Source of the DNA: Eledone cirrhosa
Lineage: Eukaryota
Assembly (NCBI GenBank): GCA_964016885.1
Contig: OZ024741.1
Coordinates: 8,060,001 to 8,124,000 of the forward strand
Reading direction: 5' to 3'
Length of the DNA stretch: 64,000 nucleotides
Part shown: in pieces, positions 1 through 13,905 of the stretch
How the letters are laid out: every line of letters starts with the position of its first letter
Position numbering within the stretch: position 1 is the first letter of the stretch
The notes under the pieces: model-generated
Told to the model about the DNA's origin: nothing
Seen by the model: only the letters and a program-made list of their open reading frames with translations
Databases searched by the model: none
Position numbers and translations under genes: made by a program

Positions 1-1130
1 ATTGACCTCCCCTCCCGCTTATTAAATTTTGCAAATCTATCTCCGACGAAATTTTATTTTAAATGGTATCATTCCTGCGACAATTAATTTTCTACATTAC
101 TAGAAATCCCATATGTTATAAAATAAATAGGATAGGTTGGGGTCTCAATATGTAAACTAAACGACTAATTCTGTTTTTTTTTTAAATCAACGAAGACAAC
201 GTAGTAAAATTACCGATCTCCCAAACTCCAGCCCCGCTTATTCCAACCCCCTATTATTCTATCCCTTGCTTATTCCAAGCCCCTATTATTCCACTCCTTG
301 ATTATTCCAACCCCCTATTATTCCATCCCTTGCTTATTCCAACCCTCTATTATTCCACCCCTTGCTTATTCCAACCACATATTATTCCACCCCTTGCTTA
401 TTCCAATCCCCTATTATTCCACCCCTTGCTTATTCCAACCCCCTATTATTCCATCCCTTGCTTATTCCAACCCTCTATTATTCCAACCCCTTGCTTATTC
501 CAACCACATATTATTCCACCCCTTGCTTATTCCAAACCCTATTATTCTATCCCTTGCTTATTCCAACCCCCTATTATTCCACCCCTTGCTTATTCCAACC
601 CCCTATTATTCTATCCCTTGCTTATTCCAACCACATATTATTCCACCCCTTGCTTATTCCAAACCCTATTATTCCACTCCTTGCTTATTCCAACCCCCTA
701 TTATTCCACCCCTTGCTTATTCCAACCCCCTATTATTCTATCCCTTGCTTATTCCAACCACATATTATTCCACCCCTTACTTATTCCAATCCCCTATTAT
801 TCCACCCCTTGCTTATTCCAACCCCCTATTATTCCATCCCTTGCTTATTCCAACCCTTTATTATTCCAACCCCTTGCTTATTCCAACCACATATTATTCC
901 ACCCCTTGCTTATTCCAAACCCTATTATTCCACCCCTTGCTTATTCCAACCCCCTATTATTCCACCTCTTGCTTATTCGAATCCCCTATTATCCCACCTC
1001 CACTTATTCCAATCCCCTTTTATCCCACCTCCACTTATTCCAACCCCTATTATCCCACCTCCACTTATTCCATCCACCAATTATTCCATCCCCGCTTATT
1101 CAAACTCCCTATTATTTGGGATCCGAGAGA
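1..1130. mobile_element. Possible right part of a non-autonomous DNA transposon (MITE-like) containing the 32-bp array
   Basis: CCCGCTTATT occurs at ~14, ~233 and ~1091, and the array runs into CCCTATTATTTGGGATCCGAGAG (ends ~1129). This resembles TACTCTC-type termini of invertebrate MITEs. The partner terminus is not in the window and the terminal TA is not intact. Confidence 0.35.
232..1116. repeat. 32-bp minisatellite (approx. CCTTGCTTATTCCAACCCCCTATTATTCCACC) made of two related TTATTCCA half-units, degenerating after ~960
   Basis: TGCTTATTCC recurs at 331, 363, 395, 427 and 459 (period 32). The three overlapping ORFs 298-1204 are translations of this repeat. Confidence 0.95.
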
Positions 1131-1469
1131 ACACGTTAGTGTATTTTCTTGAATTACCAAATGCTCATCGTCTCGACCGACGGAGAATTCACCACAATTC
1201 TTAACCCTTTCGTCACCAAATCATTTGAAACCTCCCCTACTTTTCTATTACAATATTGTTTGTTTTAAAATGTTTCATATTTATATAAAAAAACATTTTC
1301 CACCGTAATTTATGTAAGAATTTTTATTTAGTTATATTTTTAAAAATCAGTTTAATATTATTAAATCCTTCTTAATTCTTGAATATTTTCAAAATTATTT
1401 GGAAAACATAAACAGCATCTTTCATTAGATATACACGACTTTCATAAGCAGCATCTTTCATTAGATATA

Positions 1470-2174
1470 CTAGCAGAACAACCACCCTTCTGGTGGTTTT
1501 CTGCTAGTACGTGTAGTGTGTATATTGATATTATACGCAAGTATATATGCATGTAGATATGATACATCAAATAAAATCGTAATTGACAATATACACAGAA
1601 ATTGAACGAAGACTGCGTTACACTCTCTTATGTAATCAGTAACGTAATCCATGATACATTAAAAAAAGACGATATTATATATAAACTGCATCAGGAGAAA
1701 ATTAGTGACGGAAATATATGAATTAATATATTAAGCAATCGCTAACCGGAAGTGTTGACATTTGAAAATTTTAAAGAAGTGAATCTTTAAATAAACAATA
1801 AAATATATTTAATCAACAGCCACGAAATTTAGTAGATAAATTATGTAATATTCATTCATTATTTATTCAAAGTGGATTGGCAGTATCGGTGGTGGATTGG
1901 CAGTATCGGTAGAGGGTCGGACACCATGCTTTGCAGCATAGAGTTACGGCCCTTGCCATTCTGAGTTTAAATCCCGCCGAGGTTAACTTTGCCTTTCATC
2001 CTTACGGGGTCGATAAAATAAAGTACCAGTAATGTATTGGGTAATTGCTGGCCTTGTGCCAAAAGTAGAAACAATTATTTATTCAAAGTAATCCAACTTA
2101 TTTTACTAATGGGATAAAAAAAAAATTTAAACCATACGCAGTCCCGCACTCCTTACTTTATTATAGTTAAGAGA
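1470..2174 (-). mobile_element. Non-autonomous Helitron
   Basis: On the minus strand it starts TCTCTTAACTATAATAAAG (2174 downward), a typical 5'-TC Helitron start. It ends CTAG-3' (1473-1470) followed by T, preceded by a hairpin AACCACC/GGTGGTT (1480-1498). Confidence 0.75.
1872..2073 (+). mobile_element. tRNA-derived SINE, near full length, with Meta/MESC-like central domain, nested in the Helitron
   Basis: A-box-like TGGCAGTATCGG (1898-1909) and B-box-like GAGTTTAAATCCC (1963-1975). Core GCCTTTCATCCTTACGGGGTCGATAAAATAAAGTACCAG. Perfect 16-bp TSD ATTATTTATTCAAAGT at 1858-1873 and 2074-2089. Three further copies are in the window. Confidence 0.9.
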
Positions 2175-2325
2175 CGACTTTCATAAGCAACATCTTTCAT
2201 TAGATATATATGACATTAAAATATTTATATTTATCTAAACATCTATCATAACTTTATGTATGAAACTTATGGTTAAAACATCAGTTTAATGAAAATCTTA
2301 TATCACTAAATCTTTCCAAATTATT

Positions 2326-3124
2326 GCAGATCGTCAACAGCCCAACTTAGGAAGGAAGCCCGCAAGGTGGGGCGGCTGAGGTCTGAGGAAGGAAGCCCGC
2401 AAGGTGGGGCGGCTGAGGTCTGAGGAAGGAAGCCCGCAAGGTGGGGCGGCTGAGGTCTGAGGAAGGAAGCCCGCAAGGTGGGGCGGCTGAGGTCTGAGGA
2501 AGGAAGCCCGCAAGGTGGGGCGGCTGAGGTCTGAGGAAGGAAGCCCGCGAGGTGGGGCAGCTGAGGTCTGAGGAAGGAAGCCCGCAAGGTGGGGCGGCTG
2601 AGGTCTGAGGAAGGAAGCCCGCAAGGTGGGGCGGCTGAGGTCTGAGGAAGGAAGCCCGCGAGGTGGGGCAGCTGAGGTCTGAGGAAGGAAGCCCGCGAGG
2701 TGGGGCGGCTGAGGTCTGAGGAAGGAAGCCCGCAAGGTGGGGCGGCTGTTACTAGCCATTGTCTCTAGAAATGTCTTTACAGTTTTGTCCGCAGGGCGCT
2801 GCCAAAACCCCACCCACCTCACCCCATGCATAGAGCCTATCCTCCTCCCCTCTTCCCTCTTCTTCCGTGGCCTCATAGTCCTTGCTTGTTCCTTCCCCTT
2901 TCTCTCATTTAGGGCATTTTTAGCCCTTTCTCCTTCTTTCCTATACAGCTAGATCTGCCCCCGCCCCCGTTGCATGGTATTGCTTTTATAATTTTTTTTT
3001 CTTTTTTCTTTTTCTTTCATATTCCTCCAACATTAGTAATGTTATTTATACTACTTCTAAGGGCGGAGCCCCAGCATGGCCTCAGCCGGATGGCGGGAAC
3101 AAGTAAATGAGTAAAAGAGAGTAA
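2326..3124 (+). mobile_element. Probable 5'-truncated non-LTR retroelement 3' end (pyrimidine-rich 3' UTR, short-repeat tail) hosting the 37-bp minisatellite
   Basis: GC-rich block interrupting the AT-rich host repeat. It ends CCCCAGCATGGCC...GAACAAGTAAATGAGTAAAAGAGAGTAA, resembling 3' tails I recall from cephalopod SINEs/LINEs. No recognisable protein motif or TSD. Confidence 0.5.
2349..2748. repeat. 37-bp G-rich minisatellite AGGAAGGAAGCCCGCAAGGTGGGGCGGCTGAGGTCTG, about 11 nearly identical copies
   Basis: Unit starts at 2349, 2386 and onward. The minus-strand ORF shows a 37-aa period (three units). Confidence 0.97.
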
Positions 3125-3240
3125 CTGTGAATTGATTTATTAAAAATAAAATATATTTAATATTAAAAAAAAATTTTGAAAACTATAGGCAATGTCTCTT
3201 ATTAGATATACAATAGGTTAAAATGTTTATATTTATCTAA

Positions 3241-3466
3241 TAACAATAATGAAATTATTGTGTACAGTACTCAGGTGCACCACAACCCATCAAAGGTGCA
3301 TGTATAGTACATAGAATAATATACAAATGTCAGGGAAGTGAATAGTGTATGAGTCCATAATATACATGTGTGCGTGTGTATGGAGGGGGAATAACAGGTG
3401 TAGTGTTGGTGAACCTCAGGAAGCATGGAGGTTTTAAAGGATGCAGTGTCTCGACAGCTAATAACT
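3241..3466 (-). mobile_element. 3' terminal fragment of a CR1-like LINE (last ORF2 codons, 3' UTR, short ATT-type tail)
   Basis: The minus strand from ~3465 translates VISCRDTASFKTSMLPEVHQHYT, similar to the CR1 ORF2 end (VV.A.S...FK). It interrupts the host repeat right after TTTATATTTATCTAA. Confidence 0.6.
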
Positions 3467-3614
3467 AAAAATCATCTAAAATAAATTTACATAAGGACTA
3501 TTGTTATAGTAATGTTCAAAGCATCAGCTTAACAATGAGGGAGTTATATTGTTAAATCCTCCAAGTTGTTCATATATTTTGAAAATTATTTGGAAAAGAA
3601 AACAAAACAAAAAT

Positions 3615-3946
3615 GTGGTTAAAGTGTCTCAGGAAAGAATCACTGGATATATTTGTAGCTGGGAGACCAGAGAGTCACTCCAGGTAGAGCCAATACTGAA
3701 TTAAGAGATCACAGCTCCGATACCATGGACATGTGGTTAGAATGTCTCAGATTTTACGGAAAAAACCCAACCCACAAGGGACCCAGGGGTAGACCCCGAG
3801 CAAGATGTTTGGATAACATCTATGTTCTTGGCTGGTCTCGCTTGGAGATCCAGCCGGATCAGTTGGAGATGGTTACTTCTAACAGGACTCACTGGAAGGA
3901 GTGTTTGAGGACTCTGCCCCCACGACTCTCTCAGGAAAAAGTGGGT
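3615..3946 (+). mobile_element. Degenerate 3' end of an RTE-clade LINE (Rex3/Expander-like)
   Basis: Frameshifted peptides ESLQVEPIL, RSQLRYHGHVVRMSQ and GPRGRPRARCLDNI...WSRLEIQP...W...L..LPPR match the RTE C-terminus (SQLRW.GH..RM; RPRGRPR.RW.D). It is followed by a (GAA)n tail. Confidence 0.85.
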
Positions 3947-4083
3947 GAAGAAGAAGAAGAAGAAGAAGAAGAAGAAGAAGAAGAAGAAGAAGAAGAAGAA
4001 GAAGAAGAAGAAGAAGAAGAAGAAGAAGAAGAAGAAGAAGAAGAAGAAGCAAAAGAAGAAGAAGAAAAAGAAGACGAAGAAGC
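3947..4083 (+). repeat. (GAA)n microsatellite, left part of the RTE tail
   Basis: Seen directly; degenerate at its 3' end. Confidence 0.97.
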
Positions 4084-4085
4084 AA

Positions 4086-4157
<72 letters not shown>
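4086..4157 (+). repeat. (AAT)24 microsatellite, first target tract of the Dong cluster
   Basis: Seen directly. Confidence 0.97.
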
Positions 4158-4158
<1 letters not shown>

Positions 4159-4663
4159 TTATCTGCCACCCTGAAGATCTCCAAGCTTTTGGTGATCCAA
4201 GAATGAGGCACCATGTCAAATGCCTTTCTGTAGTCTATCCATCCCATGGCAAGATCAGTGTGTCTCCTCCTGCAAAAATTCCATTACCATCTTATCAATA
4301 AGTAACTGGTCCTTTGTACCACGTGACTTCTTTCGGCATCCTTTCTGTTCGTCCGGTAACAAGTTGTTTGTGTGGAGGTGATGGTAGACTTCCTCAGACA
4401 CAATGCTCGTCAACAGTTTCCACATTACGGACAGACATGTGATAGGTCTATAGTTGGTAACATCATTACCCTTGATTCGGTTTTTCATTATCAGAACTGT
4501 GGTACCTTTTGTCAACCACTCTGGCACCTCACCCGACACCAAGCAGTCATTGAACATGGCCGTCAGCTTCGGGTAGAGGGATGTTAAATGTTTAATCCAA
4601 TACCCCTGCACACCATCTGGGCCTGGTGATTTCCAGTTCGTTAGTTTTTTGGCCTGCCACTTC
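4158..4663 (-). pseudogene. Inverted N-terminal RT fragment of Dong family A
   Basis: WKSPGPDGVQGYWIK, NYRPITCL, EQKGCRKKSRGTKDQLLIDK and, after a frameshift, WIDYRKAFDMVPHSWI. Confidence 0.92.
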
Positions 4664-6205
4664 TGTTGTTTGTCCTTGCCCTGATGCCCTTGACCATTAT
4701 GCTGCGAAAAGTGAGAGCAGGATACAAGTTGGGAAGGGGAGAGCTTACCATCAATCACCTCCCCTTCATGGACGATCTTAAGCTCTTCGGGAAAAGTGAG
4801 AAGGAGTTGGATGTGCTTGTTGACACTGTCCGTATTTTCAGCAGTGATATATGTATGCAGTTTGGTATTGGTAAATGTGGAGTCATTGTGATGAGGAGGG
4901 GTAGGTTGAGCAGAAGTAACGGGATCCAGATACCAACAGGTGAGATGATAAATGAAATTGACTCTGAGGAAGGATACAAGTATTTGGGCGTTCTGGAGGC
5001 TGATGGCATAAAGAACAAAAAAAATGAAGGAATTGTTAAGAACTGAATACATTCGGAGAGTAAGGAGCGTATTGAAGTCACATCTGAACAGCAGAAATGC
5101 CATAAGCGCAGTAAATTCCCGAGCTGTGTCTATTATTAGGTACAGTGCGGGAATTCTGAGATGGAATGTTGCTGAACAAAAAGAAATGGATAGGAAGACT
5201 AGGAAGCTATTGACTATCTACAACATGTTCCACAAGAGGAGTGATGTCGATAGACTCTACCTAAGGAGATCTGAGGGTGGAAGAGGTCTTATCAGCATAG
5301 AGGACTGTGTTCAGATGGAGAAAAACAACCTATACAAATACGTGACCTATAGTAAGGAGCCAATGCTCAGAACTGTACTGAAGGAGGGGACAGTAGGCCA
5401 GGGGATGTCCAGGGAGGAAATAACATCAAGGAGGAAGAGCAGCCTTAAGGGAAAATCCCTTCATAGTACCTTCTTTGAGAGAACTGAATTTAGAGATCCA
5501 CAGACATGGAACTGGTTGAGAAGAGGAGACCTCAAAAAGGCTACAGAAGGAATGCTAATGGCTGCGCAGGAGCAGGCCCTCAAAACGAAGTGGTTGAAGC
5601 ACCATATTTACAAGGAGGAGGCTAGCCCACTGTGCAGGATCTGTGGAGAGAGAGAGGAGACTGTGGCTCACATTGTGTCCGAGTGTAAACACCTAGCCCA
5701 GACCCACTATAAGGGCTGGAGACACGATGTGATGGGCAGGGTGATCCACTGGCACCTGTGCAAAGTAAACAATTTACCACATTCTGAGAAATGGTATGAG
5801 CATAGGCCAGAGGCGGTGATGGAGAACAATCAGGTGAAGGTGCTGTGGGATTTTAGGATACAGACGGACAAAAAACTGGAACACAATAGACCTGACCTGG
5901 TGGTTGTGGACAAAGAAAAAAGATCGTGTCTGATTGTGGATGTGGCCTGCCCGTTCGACACGAGAGTGCAAGAGAAGGAGAGGGAGAAAATTAACCGATA
6001 CCAGGACCTAAAGTGGGAGGTGAAAAGGATTTGGAACTGCCATGAAGTCAAAGTGATCCCGATTGTCATAGGCGCACTGGGGACTATCTCCAAAAGTTTC
6101 CAGGGATGGTTAAAGAAAATCGGCCCCTTCACGCTTTTTGGAACGCTTCAAAAGGCATGCTTGCTTGGAACAGCAAGAACCCTCCGATACGTCCTGAATA
6201 TCTGA
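4664..6205 (+). pseudogene. Dong family A ORF remnant: C-terminal RT, thumb, CCHC and RLE; frameshift in the A-run at ~5017-5024
   Basis: ORFs 4666-5046 and 5024-6205 join into one R4-type protein collinear with the family B protein. Confidence 0.92.
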
Positions 6206-6317
6206 GGCTGCAGGTAGTGGCTTGATATTCAATCCAACGGACTTTCCAGTTAACCAACATCAATGACTGAGATTCAAGGAATAACAACAATAATAATAAT
6301 AATAATAATAATAATGA

Positions 6318-6757
6318 TTTCTTTATTGGCCACAAGGGCTGACATCAAGAAAAACATTACAGACGGCACAGGACGGTACGATGTGGGTTTTGTGCGTGTA
6401 AATATTTTTATTATTTATATAAGGTTAACTTTGCCTTTAATCCTTACGGGCTCGATGAAATAAAGTACCAGTAATGCACTGGTTAATTACTGGCCTTGTG
6501 CCTGCCCTTCCTCCTCGAAGAAAGACGGCGAGACCATCTGCACAATGGACTCAGTCGACAACCGGATCAGTCCCACACGCGACAGCAACTGTTCGACATA
6601 GCTCCACAAGTCAGCAATGCTCGGGCACTGAACGAGTGCGTGCACGACGGATTCGTCACTCTGCGCGCCTCTCCGACAGGCTCGGCTGACGGCACTTCCG
6701 TGCCTGTAGAGCTTATCTCGAACCGGCAGCCCTCCCCGGTAGCACTGCAATGCCAGG
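6318..6757 (-). mobile_element. Internally deleted 3' fragment of an L1/Tx1-like LINE inserted antisense in the (TAA)n tract
   Basis: 6757-6503 translates LPVRDKLYRHG...CRRGAQSDESVVHALVQCPSIADLW (zf-RVT-like C-terminus of L1/Tx1 ORF2). 6420-6318 ends CCCTTGTGGCCAATAAAGAAAT then (ATT)n. That both pieces belong to one element is inferred. Confidence 0.7.
6422..6502 (+). mobile_element. Internal fragment of the SINE (core, lacking head and extreme tail)
   Basis: AGGTTAACTTTGCCTTT...CTGGCCTTGTGCC aligns to 1980-2060. Confidence 0.9.
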
Positions 6758-6780
6758 TAATAATAATAATAATAATAATA

Positions 6781-6964
6781 GTTTCTACTTTTGGCACAAC
6801 GCCAGCAATTATCCCAGTGCATTACTGGTACTTTATTTTATCGACCCCGTAAGGATGAAAGGCAAAGTCAACCTCGGCGGGATTTGAACTCAGATCGTTA
6901 AGGGACGTAACTATGCTGCAAAGCATGGCGTCCGACCCTCTACCGATACTGCGAATCCACCGCC
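6781..6964 (-). mobile_element. Full-length tRNA-derived SINE, antisense
   Basis: Reverse complement of 1891-2072. It starts GGCGGTGGATT, has B-box GAGTTCAAATCCC (6891-6879), and its tail runs into (TAA)n 6758-6780. Confidence 0.92.
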
Positions 6965-7801
6965 CATCAGTGGTTGGCATCCTCTGGACTGAAATCGGAG
7001 ACTGAAGGACTGATTATATCAGCACAAGATCAGTGTCTGCCAACAAAAAATTACCAAGCCAACATAATAAAAAATGGATGCAGCCCATTATGCCGTGTAT
7101 GCAAAAAACAACCAGAGACCATTGACCATATAATTTCAATGTGCAGTCCTATAGCTCCAACCGAATACCGAAATAGGCATGACAGAGCTGCACAATACAT
7201 ACATTGGATAATGTGTAAGCATTTTGACCTGCCCCATCAAAAGAATTGGTGGGAGCATCAACCACCTCCCATACTTGAAAAAGATCACATCTCAATCTTG
7301 TGGAACTTCAGCATCCAAACAGACCGAAAAATAGATGCAAATAGACCTGATATAATATTGAAGGACTTCAAGAAAAGGGTATGTCTGCTAATTGATATGT
7401 CTGTTCCAATAGACAAGAATGTATCTATAAAAACATTTGAAAAATTGAGCAAGTATAAGGACCTGGAGATAGAAATTGGAAAAATGTGGAAATTGAGAAC
7501 TAAAACAATACCAGTGGTTGTAGGCGCTCTGGGAATGATACCTAAGGGGTCTAATGATTACTTATCACAAATCCCAGGAAACCCGCGTATAGGAGAAATA
7601 CAAAAGATAGTACTAATGAGAACTGCCCATATACTAAGGAAGATTCTGTCAATATAAGTACATCACAAGTCTAAACACTAAAGATGCATGTGTGAGTATG
7701 TATGTTCTTTCTTGAACATGGCGGACCTTGTTGTCTCTTGAGGTCACTGGTTGTGACTTGGTGATAACTCGTATGAACATAAAGCAAGATAAATGCAACT
7801 G
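6965..7801 (+). mobile_element. R4/Dong family B copy 1, heavily 5'-truncated (CCHC + RLE + 3' UTR); open frame to stop at 7657
   Basis: CRVCKKQPETIDHIISMC, RHD, RPDIILKD...DMSVP...KLSKYKDL. Near-identical to 11206-12024 and followed by (AAT)n. Confidence 0.93.
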
Positions 7802-7838
7802 TAATAATAATAATAATAATAATAATAATGATAATAAT

Positions 7839-8538
7839 AAAACGAAGTGGTTGAAACACCATATTTACATGGAGGAGGCTAGCCCACTGTGCAGGATCTG
7901 TGGAGAGAGAGAGGAGACTGTGGATCACATTGTATCCGAGTGTAAACACCTAGCCCAGACCCACTATAAGGGCTGGAGGCATGATGTGATGGGCAGGGTG
8001 ATCCACTGGCACCTGTGCAAAGTAAACAATTTACCACATTCTGAGAAATGGTATGAGCATAAGCCAGAGGCGGTGATGGAGAACGATCAGGTGAAGGTGC
8101 TGTGGGATTTTAGGATACAGACGGACAAGAAACTGGAACACAATAGACCTGACCTGGTGGTTGTGGACAAAGAAAAAAGATCGTGTCTGATTGTGGATGT
8201 GGCCTGCCCATTCGACACGAGAGTGCAAGAGAAGGAGAGGGAGAAAATTAACCGATACCAGGACTTAAAGTGGGAGGTAAAAAGGATTTGGAACTGCCAC
8301 GAAGTCAAAGTGGTCCCTATTGTCATAGGCGCACTAGGTACTATCTCAAAAAGTTTCCAGGGATGGTTAAAGAAAATTGGCGCCGCCACGCTTTTTGGAA
8401 CGCTTCAAAAGGCATGCTTGCTGGGAACAGCAAGAACCCTCCGATATGTCCTGAATATCTGAGGCTGCAGGTAGTGGCTTGATATTCATTTCAACAAACT
8501 TTCCAGTTAACTAACATCAATGACTGAGACTCAAAGAA
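7839..8538 (+). mobile_element. R4/Dong family A copy 2, 5'-truncated (CCHC + RLE + 3' UTR), more diverged
   Basis: Aligns to 5582-6280 with clearly more substitutions than copy 3. (AAT)n at 7802-7838 and 8540-8604. Confidence 0.93.
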
Positions 8539-8539
8539 C

Positions 8540-13223
<4,684 letters not shown>

Positions 13224-13235
13224 AATAACAATAAC

Positions 13236-13292
<57 letters not shown>

Positions 13293-13295
<3 letters not shown>

Positions 13296-13335
13296 AAGAA
13301 GAAGAAGAAGAAGAAGAAGAAGAAGAAGAAGAAGA
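13293..13335 (+). repeat. (GAA)n tract, probably the right part of the split RTE tail
   Basis: Seen directly; followed by ATTTGAAAAAGA, similar to ATTTGGAAAAGA at 3588-3599. Confidence 0.85.
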
Positions 13336-13560
13336 TTTGAAAAAGATGTGCAGTGCGTTTATTTAGAAATATGTCAGGTGAGGCTAAGTTGGGAAAATAT
13401 CACACGCTCTCTTCTAATCAATACAGGGAGACAACCAGCTCCCTTGGAAGAGAACCTGCTGCATCTGTGTTAATTAATTGATGAATTACATAATTAGCAA
13501 CTTAATTATACATCGATAATGTAATATTTTTAAATCCTATTAATAATATCTTTAATAATT

Positions 13561-13561
13561 C

Positions 13562-13597
<36 letters not shown>

Positions 13598-13658
13598 GCT
13601 CTCTCTCTCTATATATATATATATATATGTGTGCGTGTGTGTGTGTTTATATATATAT

Positions 13659-13729
<71 letters not shown>

Positions 13730-13795
13730 TCTCTCTCTATCTCTATCTCTCGCTGTCTCTCTCTCTCTCTACCTATCTCTCTCTCTCTCTCTCTG

Positions 13796-13828
<33 letters not shown>

Positions 13829-13830
13829 GT

Positions 13831-13905
<75 letters not shown>
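13561..13905. repeat. Compound dinucleotide microsatellite (CT)n-(AT)n-(GT)n-(AC)n mosaic
   Basis: Seen directly. Confidence 0.97.

Larger units (their letters stand above)
1201..3600. mobile_element. Fragmented AT-rich host repeat starting TTAA-CCCTTT (piggyBac-like terminus) with internal degenerate subrepeats; pieces at ~1201-1433, 2188-2325, 3140-3240, 3467-3600 and probably 13335-13372
   Basis: TTAACCCTTTCGT at 1201. Shared motifs ATTAGATATA, TTTATATTTATCTAA, CATCAG(T/C)TTAA, TTAAATCCT and AAAATTATTTGGAAAA recur in the pieces. No matching right terminus was found. Confidence 0.5.
4158..6280 (+). mobile_element. R4/Dong-clade non-LTR retrotransposon, family A copy 1; 5'-truncated with inverted 5' segment (~4158-4663)
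   Basis: The sense part encodes RT motif FMDDLKL, CCHC knuckle CRICGEREETVAHIVSEC, RHD, and RLE RPDLVVVD...DVACP...KINRYQDL. It has a 75-bp 3' UTR and is flanked by (AAT)n on both sides. Confidence 0.93.

Noticed and set aside
298-1204. Three overlapping 270-284 aa ORFs
   Set aside because: Stop-free translations of the 32-bp minisatellite in all three frames; no coding evidence.
1872-1980. tRNA gene
   Set aside because: A/B boxes belong to a multi-copy SINE head with TSD; no convincing cloverleaf.
2321-2952. Repetitive ORFs over the 37-bp array
   Set aside because: Peptide periodicity simply mirrors a repeat whose length is not a multiple of three.
3737-4301. Poly-E/K/N/L/F/I ORFs
   Set aside because: Microsatellite translations; only the RTE- and Dong-derived parts are meaningful.
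5774-6132. Antisense ORFs repeated at 8031-8389 and 12718-13076
   Set aside because: Shadow frames conserved only because the element copies are near-identical.
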